Source: Candidatus Binatia bacterium
GTDB lineage: Bacteria > Desulfobacterota > Binatia > HRBIN30
Length of the DNA stretch: 64,000 nt
Reading direction: 5' to 3'
Assembly: GCA_023150935.1 (NCBI GenBank)
Contig: JAKLJW010000012.1
Location: 22,298-86,297, forward strand
Part shown: piece after piece, positions 1 to 7,121 of the stretch
Layout of the letters: every line of letters starts with the position of its first letter
Position numbering within the stretch: the stretch's first letter is position 1
Made by a program: the position numbers and the translations under genes
The notes under the pieces: model-generated
What the model was told of the DNA's origin: nothing
Databases searched by the model: none
The model's input: only the letters and a program-made list of their open reading frames with translations

Positions 1-984
1 GATGCGTCCGAGCTTCACGTCCGGCGAGTGTACGTAAATCCAGTTGTCGGGAAACACCTCCGCGCGCTTAACGATGAGCACCACGGTGAGGTAGTCCCGG
101 TAGCGAAGCGCATTGGCGGCGCGGCGGACGTCTTCGGGTGGCGGCGGATCGAAGGCATTGACGAGTTCCCGGACCGGCATCGACGAGATGAAGTGCTCGC
201 CGCCGAACTCGAGCCGGCGGCCGTCGGCGGTGCGGGCGTACACGGCCTCGACGCGGCCGTGGCGGTGACGGATGCGCTCGACGCGCACCTTCAAGACGGT
301 CTCGCTCCCCCGCGCGGCGACCCGTTCGACGCAGCGTTCCCACATCTGGCCGGGGCCGAACCGGGGGTAGTGGAACTGCTCGATCAGGGTCGTGATGACT
401 TCGCCGGACTTGCTGGTCTTGGCGCTGAATACCGCGTTCCGCAATGCCTCGGAGAGCGACAGGTTCTTGATGCGTTGCGCCGCCCAGTCGGCGGAGATCT
501 CCGCGCACGGAACGCCCCAAACCTTTTCGGTGTAAGTCTTGAAGAAGATCTCGTAGAGACGGTACCCGAAGCGGTTCGACACCCACTGCTCGAACGAGCT
601 TTCTTCGCGCGCCGGGAGCAGCCGTGCTTTGGCGTAGCTGAGCCCGACGAGAAAGGCCTCGACGGGACCGAGACCGGTCAGCGCGTTGAGCGGTTTGAGG
701 GGATAGTCGAAGTAGTGGTTGTTGTAGTGGATGCGCGACATCCGCGGGCGCAGGAGAAACGTCTCGCCGAGGATCTCGGCCCACAGTTCGTTAATGAGCC
801 GTACCTTGGAGAAAAAGCGGTGCCCGCCGATGTCGAAACGGTAGCCGCGATAGGTGACGGTCCGCGACAGTCCGCCGACCTGGTCGTCCGCCTCGATCAC
901 GGTGGCGCGGTAACCCAACTTACCGAGTTCGTACGCCGCGGTCAGGCCGGCCGGCCCGGCTCCGATAATTACCGTGTGCCCCAT
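1..984 (-). CDS. FAD/NAD(P)-dependent oxidoreductase (amine-oxidase/UDP-galactopyranose-mutase-like fold). Partial: the 3' end runs off the window.
   Basis: Reverse translation from the ATG at 984..982 gives MGHTVIIGAGPAGLTAAYELGK (GxGxxG dinucleotide-binding motif), then an ...ADDQVGGLSRT...GGHRFF... flavoprotein pattern. The frame is open to the window edge and is not in the ORF track because it has no in-window stop. Confidence 0.75.
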   Translation of the reverse strand, partial: MGHTVIIGAGPAGLTAAYELGKLGYRATVIEADDQVGGLSRTVTYRGYRFDIGGHRFFSKVRLINELWAEILGETFLLRPRMSRIHYNNHYFDYPLKPLNALTGLGPVEAFLVGLSYAKARLLPAREESSFEQWVSNRFGYRLYEIFFKTYTEKVWGVPCAEISADWAAQRIKNLSLSEALRNAVFSAKTSKSGEVITTLIEQFHYPRFGPGQMWERCVERVAARGSETVLKVRVERIRHRHGRVEAVYARTADGRRLEFGGEHFISSMPVRELVNAFDPPPPEDVRRAANALRYRDYLTVVLIVKRAEVFPDNWIYVHSPDVKLGRI

Positions 985-1015
985 GTGCCGAATTCGGGTT
1001 CTGTCGCCGTTTTCT

Positions 1016-2182
1016 TTACCCGCGGACCGTGCGGCGGAAAGCGTCGAGGGCGATGCGCGCCGCCCGTTCCCACGAGAAGCCGGCCACGCGCGCCAGTCCG
1101 TCGGTGCGCAACCGCGCGCGCAGCGCGCCGTCTTCGAGAACTCTCCGGAGGGCGGCGGCAAGGGCACCGGGCAGGTCCGGGTCGCAGACCACTCCCGCGT
1201 TACCGACGACCTCGGGCAGGGCGCCGCGATTACTGACCACCACCGGCGTGCCGCAGGCCATGGCCTCTACCACGGGCAGTCCGAACCCTTCGAGCAGCGA
1301 CGGCAGCACGAGTGCCGTGGCGGCGTTGTACAGGTGGGCCAACTCGGCGTCGGGAACGTAGCCGGTGAAGCGAACATCGTCGGCGACGCCGCGCGCCGCG
1401 GCGCGCCGTTTGACCTCGGCGTAAGCGGAATGGAAGACGTCGTCGCGGTAGTCGCCGACGAGGACCAGCGTCGGGTGTGGAGGTGCGGTTGCGGCGCGCA
1501 CGTCGGCGAAGGCATCCACGAGGTTCACCAGATTCTTGTGCGGACTTATGCCGCCAACATAGAGGACAAACGCACGCCCGAGCAACTCGTATCGCCGCAG
1601 GATTTCCGGCGCCGGATCGAGTGGCTGAAACTCGGGCCCCGGTCCCTCCGGCACGACGACGATGCGTTCCGGCGGAATGCCGAAACGACCGGCAATAGCC
1701 ATCCGGGAGGCTTCGGAGACCGTCATGACGAGGTCGGCCTGGTGGCGGGCCGCCCACAGCTTGGCGTGCCAGAACCAGGCCGCCCGCCGCGACGGGAATA
1801 CGTGTTCCGGCAGCCGTTCGGCGATCACGTCGTGAATGACGACCGCAACCCGGCTGCGGCCGAAGACCGGCACGTACGTGTAAGCGGAAGGGAAGAAGAC
1901 GAGATCGTGGCCGCCGGCGGACAGGGCGCGGCTGACGGCCAACATGTCGGCGACGCCGCGCCTTCCGCTTGCGGCTGCCGCCCGGGCGGCGGGTGTACCC
2001 GTCGTCACCGCCTGCACCCGCACGCCGCCGGGCAGCGGCGGCGCATCGGAGGGGTCGAAGTCGATCGCCAGCGTCCAGACGATGTCGGGCGCCTGTGAGA
2101 CCAGCTCGCGGACGAGCTCGCGCGCAAAGCGACCGTAGCCGCGACGGTTCAGCCAGCAGGTACCGTCGATGGCGATGCGCAT
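1016..2182 (-). CDS. Glycosyltransferase family 4
   Basis: The ORF at 1016..2323 has a typical GT4 N-terminus (MRIAIDGTCWLNRRGYGRFARELV) starting at the ATG at 2182..2180, and a C-terminal EGFGLPVVEAMACGTPVV motif. The upstream part of the ORF (PQAPK repeats) is a translated 8-bp tandem repeat and is not coding. Confidence 0.85.
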   Translation of the reverse strand: MRIAIDGTCWLNRRGYGRFARELVRELVSQAPDIVWTLAIDFDPSDAPPLPGGVRVQAVTTGTPAARAAAASGRRGVADMLAVSRALSAGGHDLVFFPSAYTYVPVFGRSRVAVVIHDVIAERLPEHVFPSRRAAWFWHAKLWAARHQADLVMTVSEASRMAIAGRFGIPPERIVVVPEGPGPEFQPLDPAPEILRRYELLGRAFVLYVGGISPHKNLVNLVDAFADVRAATAPPHPTLVLVGDYRDDVFHSAYAEVKRRAAARGVADDVRFTGYVPDAELAHLYNAATALVLPSLLEGFGLPVVEAMACGTPVVVSNRGALPEVVGNAGVVCDPDLPGALAAALRRVLEDGALRARLRTDGLARVAGFSWERAARIALDAFRRTVRG

Positions 2183-2191
2183 GGAGGGCGT

Positions 2192-2288
2192 GGGGGCTTG
2201 GGGGCTTGGGGGCTTGGGGGCTTGAGGTCTTGAGGTCTTGAGGGCTTGGGGGCTTGAGGTCTTGGGGGCTTGAGGGCCTGGGGGTGGG
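2192..2288. repeat. Tandem array of about 12 degenerate 8-bp units ([GA]GG[GT]C[TC]TG) immediately upstream of the GT4 start codon
   Basis: Direct reading of tgggggcttgggggcttgggggcttgggggcttgaggtcttgaggtcttgagggcttgggggcttgaggtcttgggggcttgagggcctgggggtgggg. The same unit recurs at 32938-32969. Confidence 0.9.
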
Positions 2289-2327
2289 GATACGGGCGCT
2301 GTCCGAGACGTCGGACCAGGCAACGCG

Positions 2328-3377
2328 CTAATCCCGTGTCTTCTCCACCCACGGCCCGGGCACCAGCCACCGGCCGGTCAGGCGGGCCCAGGCGAGGACG
2401 GCGAAGGCGAGGGCGACCGAAATGCCGCAGTAGAGGAAGTAGAGCCAGTGCATGGGAATGGCTCCCAGGGCGAAGAGTGGGCCGCGTTTTCTGGCCAGGT
2501 AGCGGTAGCAGTCCCGGTTAAGGTACACGAGAGCGCTTGCGGCGGAGGCGGCGCCGAGCGCCGCGATCCCGGCCATGAATCCCGCGCCGGTGACGAGGGT
2601 GAAGCTCAGTGCGGCGAGCAGGGCGAGCAGGAGGCCGACCAGAGCGACGCTGGCGCGCTGGGTTCCGGTGACGTTGAGGTCGGCGGGCATGTGGCGGTTA
2701 TGGCGCATCAGCAGGAACCACGGTACGCCACGGTCGCGGATGTCGGTGCGCACGAGGCCCGCGAGGGTCCAGCGCTTGAGATGCGTAGCCTGGATGGTGG
2801 GGTCGAGATCGATGTGCAGGCCTGCGGCGGCCATGCGGTTGCCGAGTTCGATGTCCTCGATGCAAGGCCGACGGTAGTTTTCGTCGAAGCCGCCGAAGCG
2901 CAGGAAGACGTCGCGGCGCACAGCGCCGCAGCCGGCCCAGAACGTCCAGGCGTCGCGGCGGCTCCGGTGGTGAACGTAATGGTGCATCAGATTCTTGAAC
3001 TGCGAGACGAACCCGGGGTCGGCGGGTGTATCGTCGTAGGAGCCCATGACGGCGACGACCTCGGGGTTGGCGCGGAAGTGGGCGTCGAAACGGCCGAGGG
3101 TGTCGGGATGAACGCAGACGTCGGCGTCGACGAAGACGAGGAACTCGCCGGTGGCGACTTCGGCGCCCCGGTTACGGGCCCGGGCCGGTCCGCCGTTGCG
3201 GTCGAGGCGCAGGACGCGGACTCCGGCGCGTGCGGCGACCTCGGGGGTATCGTCGGTCGATGCGTCGTCGACGACGACGATCTCGTAGTCGCGGAACGTC
3301 GAGGAGGCGAGTGCCTTCAGAGCCCGCGCGAGGAAGGGCCCGTTGTTGTGGGCGGGCACGATGACGGAGAGTCGCAT
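2328..3377 (-). CDS. Glycosyltransferase family 2
   Basis: Starts at the ATG at 3377..3375 with MRLSVIVPAHNNGPFLARALKAL...DYEIVVVDDASTDDT (GT2 DxD region), and has C-terminal transmembrane segments. The annotated long ORF 2328..3767 carries an Arg-rich leader that overlaps the next gene and is not coding. Confidence 0.85.
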   Translation of the reverse strand: MRLSVIVPAHNNGPFLARALKALASSTFRDYEIVVVDDASTDDTPEVAARAGVRVLRLDRNGGPARARNRGAEVATGEFLVFVDADVCVHPDTLGRFDAHFRANPEVVAVMGSYDDTPADPGFVSQFKNLMHHYVHHRSRRDAWTFWAGCGAVRRDVFLRFGGFDENYRRPCIEDIELGNRMAAAGLHIDLDPTIQATHLKRWTLAGLVRTDIRDRGVPWFLLMRHNRHMPADLNVTGTQRASVALVGLLLALLAALSFTLVTGAGFMAGIAALGAASAASALVYLNRDCYRYLARKRGPLFALGAIPMHWLYFLYCGISVALAFAVLAWARLTGRWLVPGPWVEKTRD

Positions 3378-3949
3378 CACTGTTGCCGGTGCCGGTGCAA
3401 GTTCCGATCGACAACCTCGCGGGCGGCGTCGAGGTCGAGCCGACCGTCGAGGAAGGTGTTGATGCGTGTCAGCTCGTCCTCGGGGTGTGCGACGAGGGAG
3501 TTGTAGTCGACCCAGAGGGCGCGAAGATGGGGTTGAGCTTGCAGCCACGCCTCGAGGTGGCGCAGATGTCGACGGAACAGTTCGGCCATCGATGTATCGT
3601 CGCGGCTGGTCGATTCGCGGCGCCGCAGGAGCATCTGGCGCTGCGAGGCGAGGACTTCGTCCAGGTCGCGCCGCATGAAGATGACGCGGCAGGGGTATTC
3701 GCCGGGGACGAAGCGTAGCAGTGCCGAGACGAGTTTGACGGCCTTGCCGCGCGCGTCGTTCAGCCACGAGGCGTCGCGTTCGATGTTCTTGACCGGTTCG
3801 AACTCGTAGTAGCCTCTGGGGTTGTCGGCGTCCGCCATCCGCAGGTTGTCGGTGAGGACCGGGATCCCGCCGGCCGCGAGGATCTGCATCATCATGGACG
3901 TGCCGGACCGTGGCAGTCCGGAGACGAGGACGATCTCATCGGGGTTCAT
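3377..3949 (-). CDS. Sulfotransferase-family protein (PAPS-dependent, Stf0-like)
   Basis: MNPDEIVLVSGLPRSGTSMMMQILAAGG carries the 5'-PSB P-loop-like motif right after the start. An ATGA stop/start overlap with the upstream ligase-like gene at 3946-3949 suggests translational coupling. Confidence 0.75.
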   Translation of the reverse strand: MNPDEIVLVSGLPRSGTSMMMQILAAGGIPVLTDNLRMADADNPRGYYEFEPVKNIERDASWLNDARGKAVKLVSALLRFVPGEYPCRVIFMRRDLDEVLASQRQMLLRRRESTSRDDTSMAELFRRHLRHLEAWLQAQPHLRALWVDYNSLVAHPEDELTRINTFLDGRLDLDAAREVVDRNLHRHRQQ

Positions 3950-5439
3950 GGTCGCTCTGCGGAATTCCGAGTTCCGCCGCAGTGCGCACCGCGCGCGAAC
4001 AATTCGGACGGGAGGGGCGAGGCTCCGGCCGAGCCGAACGCGCACCGACGCGGCTCGGCGGGAGCCCCGCCCTCCCCGGGGCACGTCTGGTCACATCTTG
4101 GGTTGCGGGCGCTGGCCCGCTCCGAGGAGTCGGAGCGTACGGGTTGGTGGTTGCCAACGCCGGATCCGGGGGCCAGGGTGCGAACTTGAAGGGATGTTTG
4201 TTGCCGCTTTACCACCTCGAGCAGCATCATGCAGACGTATGGCAGCTCGAAGTAGGCGGCGCTGAGCAGCGATCCGGACACCACGTAGGCGACGAGCGCG
4301 GCGGCGAGCGTGTCGGCCAGGTCGCCGGCCCAACGTTGCTCCTCGCCACGGGCCCGCACCAGGCGCCAGATAGTACGACGGGTCAGGAACGCGTTGACGA
4401 TCAGGGCGACGAAGATCGTGAGGCCGACGAAGCCCTGATCGCCAAGGACCTCGAACCAGATGCTGTGCGCGGCGACGCCCCGCTTGTTGAGCACCGGCGT
4501 GTCGACGAACCCCAGCAGACCCGGCGCGTACTTGTACTTTTCCCAAACGGCAGGTGTCTGCACGGCCCGAAAGCCGCCACCGAAGAACGGGTGCTCCAGT
4601 GCGATGGCCGAACTCGCCTTCCAGGCGGCCACTCGACCCATGAACGACGCGTCGTCCTCCGCGTTTTCGATCGTGCCCATGCGCACCGTCCACGACTCGG
4701 GTGCAGTGTACAGCACGAGCACGCCGGCCAGCGCTACCAGTGCCAGGCCGGTGACCTTGCGGCGGCTCTGCAGCACAGTCCACGCGGCGAGGGCGCCCAT
4801 GCCCACGAACCCACCGCGCGAGTGGGTGGAGACGACGGCGAGAACGGTTACGAGCAGTCCGCCGAGGGAGCCCCAGCGGACCAGAGCGCGCGCGGAGTAG
4901 TGGTAGAGATAGAACAGAAACGGCAGGACCATCGTGAGCACCAGTGCCCCGTGGTTGTTGTCGCCGAATTTCGGGTTGACTATCGCGTGGAACGCGCCGC
5001 CGCTGACGAGGAACTTGAGGCCGTCCAGCACGCCGTGAAAGGTCGTGGCGAGGGCGATCATCACGACCATAGCGTGGATGCGGAGGCGATTGACGACGAG
5101 CGTCGGCATCAGCAGACAGAAGAGGACGGTCTTCGCCACGGCGCCGCAGAGCTCCCAGTTGCGGACGATGCCCGGGTAAGCGGTCAGGGCGCTGAAGAAG
5201 CCATGGACTGCGAACAAGATCATCAGCGCCGACGTGCGCGTGATCTGCAGCCGCTGGGCGAGGGGATCGCGATTCACCAGGAGCGAGAGCAGCGTGGCGA
5301 GGGCGAAGATCTGGACGAACGGTGCGCTGACCATGAAGCCGAACAGGTACAGATTGAGTCCGATCAGTCCGGCCCATCCCCAGAGAAGATAACCCGCGAG
5401 CGGCCGCGCGAACGCGAGCGGGACGTAAACCAGCGTCAT
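3946..5439 (-). CDS. O-antigen ligase / Wzy_C-family membrane protein (consistent with a putative O-glycosylation ligase, exosortase-A-system associated)
   Basis: A multi-TM protein starting MTLVYVPLAFARPLAGYLLWGW with about 10 predicted TM helices. It has a large periplasmic loop with a ...HSRGGFVGMG... motif typical of O-antigen ligase domains. The C-terminal 90 aa are low-complexity and overlap a REP-like palindrome at 4009-4076. Confidence 0.7.
   Translation of the reverse strand: MTLVYVPLAFARPLAGYLLWGWAGLIGLNLYLFGFMVSAPFVQIFALATLLSLLVNRDPLAQRLQITRTSALMILFAVHGFFSALTAYPGIVRNWELCGAVAKTVLFCLLMPTLVVNRLRIHAMVVMIALATTFHGVLDGLKFLVSGGAFHAIVNPKFGDNNHGALVLTMVLPFLFYLYHYSARALVRWGSLGGLLVTVLAVVSTHSRGGFVGMGALAAWTVLQSRRKVTGLALVALAGVLVLYTAPESWTVRMGTIENAEDDASFMGRVAAWKASSAIALEHPFFGGGFRAVQTPAVWEKYKYAPGLLGFVDTPVLNKRGVAAHSIWFEVLGDQGFVGLTIFVALIVNAFLTRRTIWRLVRARGEEQRWAGDLADTLAAALVAYVVSGSLLSAAYFELPYVCMMLLEVVKRQQTSLQVRTLAPGSGVGNHQPVRSDSSERASARNPRCDQTCPGEGGAPAEPRRCAFGSAGASPLPSELFARGAHCGGTRNSAERP
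4009..4076. repeat. REP-like GC-rich imperfect palindrome (GGGAGGGGCGAGGCTCC...GGAGCCCCGCCCTCCCC). Member of a three-copy family.
   Basis: Inverted repeat read directly. Related copies occur at 23169-23235 (near perfect) and 40171-40197 (half element). Confidence 0.7.
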
Positions 5440-5455
5440 GGCGAGGACGACGAAA

Positions 5456-5643
5456 TCACGCACCGGGCGGGCCTTTCTTCGGCGAGCGCTCGACGGGGTT
5501 CGGCGCCGACGAGGTGTCCGGCCGGCGGCGGAACCCGAAGAGCCCGAGGTCTTCTTCCTCGGGAGTCTGACCGGCACGCAGCACGTTCCTGAGCAACAAG
5601 AGCATCACGACGAGTTCGGTGAGGAGGATGAGACCTTCGATCA
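5456..5643 (-). CDS. Possible small single-TM protein (62 aa)
   Basis: MIEGLILLTELVVMLLLLRNVLRAGQTPEEEDLGLF from the ATG at 5643. It sits in a 385-bp gap between two genes on the same strand. There is no recognisable SD and no homology inferred. Confidence 0.3.
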
Positions 5644-5824
5644 TGATCGCGCTCGCCCAGCTAGCAGCCCGCACTCGCCAGAGAGGGGCTCGTCCTTGAC
5701 GGCGGCGAAGGATATCCCGGCGGAAGCCGGTAACCAGGGCCCAGAAGTGGCGCAAGAGACCGCCTTGAGGACCGCCCCGCCCCGCGAGGTATCGGATCGA
5801 CAAGGAGCAGGTTGCCCGGTCGCA

Positions 5825-6856
5825 TCACCAATCACCCGTGCGGATTTGGGAGTCGACATACAGCCAGTACAGACAGCGCGCAGCGTGGTACGAGTACATC
5901 TCGCGGATTACCACGAAACCGCTAGCTGCCTGCTGCACGGCTCGCCAGACCACGCCGAGGTCGGGATCTACCAGGGTGGTTTGCGCCTCGTTGTCGCCGA
6001 ACAGCCAGGCGAGCCCCCGCTCGACCGCCTCGCCGTACCGACGATTTCCGATTGCCCGCTCGATGGTGTCGAGCGCCAGCGGCACGGCGGCGTCCTGATT
6101 CACGGCGTACACGGGATAGGGCGACGCGACAGCACCCCGTCGCCAATCGTACATCCACCACCATTGGCCCCGGTTGCCCTGCAGGCGATGGAGCGTGTCG
6201 GCGCACGCGGTGGCGCGATCGATTGGTCCGCGGCGCCCGAACGCGATTCCGTACGATGCGAGGCCGTGGATGGCGTAGGCTTGCGAGGACAGGTCGGTCG
6301 TCCGTTGCCGGCGGCGCCACCACCGGCGGCTTCCGGCATCGGCGCGAAAGAGTCCGGTTGAAGGGAACTGATTCCGCAGGAGGCGACCGCATATGTCGGC
6401 GGCCAGGGCGACGACCGCTTGCTGTGCGCGCGCGCCGGGGGCGTACGCGCAGAGCGCGCTGAGCGTCCAGCCCAGTTGGATAGTCTCGGATGCGTCGGGT
6501 GGGAGGCGGCGCTGGAGCGCTTCCCAGAACGTCGCCCCATGGGGACTGTTGCCGACTGCCGCCGCCCAGAGCGCGTGGGCGGCGTCGTAATAATCGAGCG
6601 CTTCGAGGTGATCGGTCACAAGTCGGTCGAGGAGCGCGTCGGGGTCGATATCCACGCGAGCGCCGCGGGACCGGAGCAGGTAGAGAGCCCTGGCGACCTC
6701 GGCCGTGTTCCGGGGGCTCGGCTCCGGTGCCGCCTGCAGCGCGTGTCCGTCCCAGACCACGCGCCGCGCGAGAATGCCGGTATGGGGAAGCACGAACCGC
6801 GGTAGGCTCGCGCGGCAGGCACGCTCGAGGCGGGCGAGTTGAGGAGCAGAAACCAT
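5825..6856 (-). CDS. Hypothetical protein with a QW-like motif (alpha/alpha-toroid, terpene-cyclase/prenyltransferase-like fold)
   Basis: A long ORF with GC3-biased codon usage. Motifs QGNRGQWWW and LRNQFPSTG resemble the QxxxGxW repeats of alpha/alpha toroid proteins. All alternative frames are Arg-rich junk. Confidence 0.65.
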   Translation of the reverse strand: MVSAPQLARLERACRASLPRFVLPHTGILARRVVWDGHALQAAPEPSPRNTAEVARALYLLRSRGARVDIDPDALLDRLVTDHLEALDYYDAAHALWAAAVGNSPHGATFWEALQRRLPPDASETIQLGWTLSALCAYAPGARAQQAVVALAADICGRLLRNQFPSTGLFRADAGSRRWWRRRQRTTDLSSQAYAIHGLASYGIAFGRRGPIDRATACADTLHRLQGNRGQWWWMYDWRRGAVASPYPVYAVNQDAAVPLALDTIERAIGNRRYGEAVERGLAWLFGDNEAQTTLVDPDLGVVWRAVQQAASGFVVIREMYSYHAARCLYWLYVDSQIRTGDW

Positions 6857-7022
6857 GGAAGATGGAATCACAAATGCCCTCGTACCGGAACTGTTACCTG
6901 CCGAAACGGGCCGGTTCCAACCGCGATCTCTCCCAGAGTGTGAAAATCAAATGACCGAGAATGCACGGTGTCATCCAAACGGTAGGGGCAGGCCTTGGGC
7001 CTGCCGCCGTGTCGGCAGACCA

Positions 7023-7068
7023 GGGCAACCACGAGGGTTGCCCCCACGGGCAACCCTCGTGGTTGCCC
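7023..7068. promoter_or_regulatory. Twin palindromic hairpins (GGGCAACCACGAGGGTTGCCC / GGGCAACCCTCGTGGTTGCCC) in a divergent intergenic region
   Basis: Each 21-mer is self-complementary and the two are reverse complements of each other. They lie between divergent genes at 6856 (-) and 7122 (+). Confidence 0.6.
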
Positions 7069-7121
7069 ATACGGGCGGTGGCAGTTGCAGCGCGCCGGGA
7101 ATTGGACGAAGTTACGGTCCG

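Noticed and set aside
28-1236. 402-aa plus-strand ORF and the overlapping 68..784 minus ORF
   Set aside because: Arg/Gly/Ala-rich antisense frames of the real minus-strand FAD-oxidoreductase gene. They are typical GC-driven spurious ORFs with no motifs.
2149-2370. Proline/Ala/Lys-rich repeat protein (PQAPKPPSPQAPK...) as a coding gene or N-terminal extension of the GT4
   Set aside because: It is the translation of an 8-bp DNA tandem repeat (3 units = 24 bp = 8 aa period). The GT4 has a canonical N-terminus starting at 2182, downstream of the array.
2448-3506. 352-aa plus-strand ORF with a Gly/Glu/Asp-rich sequence
   Set aside because: Antisense to the GT2 gene and it spans two real genes. 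The composition is non-globular junk.
3910-5592. 560-aa plus-strand ORF opposite the O-antigen-ligase-like gene
   Set aside because: Antisense to a clear multi-TM protein. Its composition (R/G/A/E rich) is non-protein-like.
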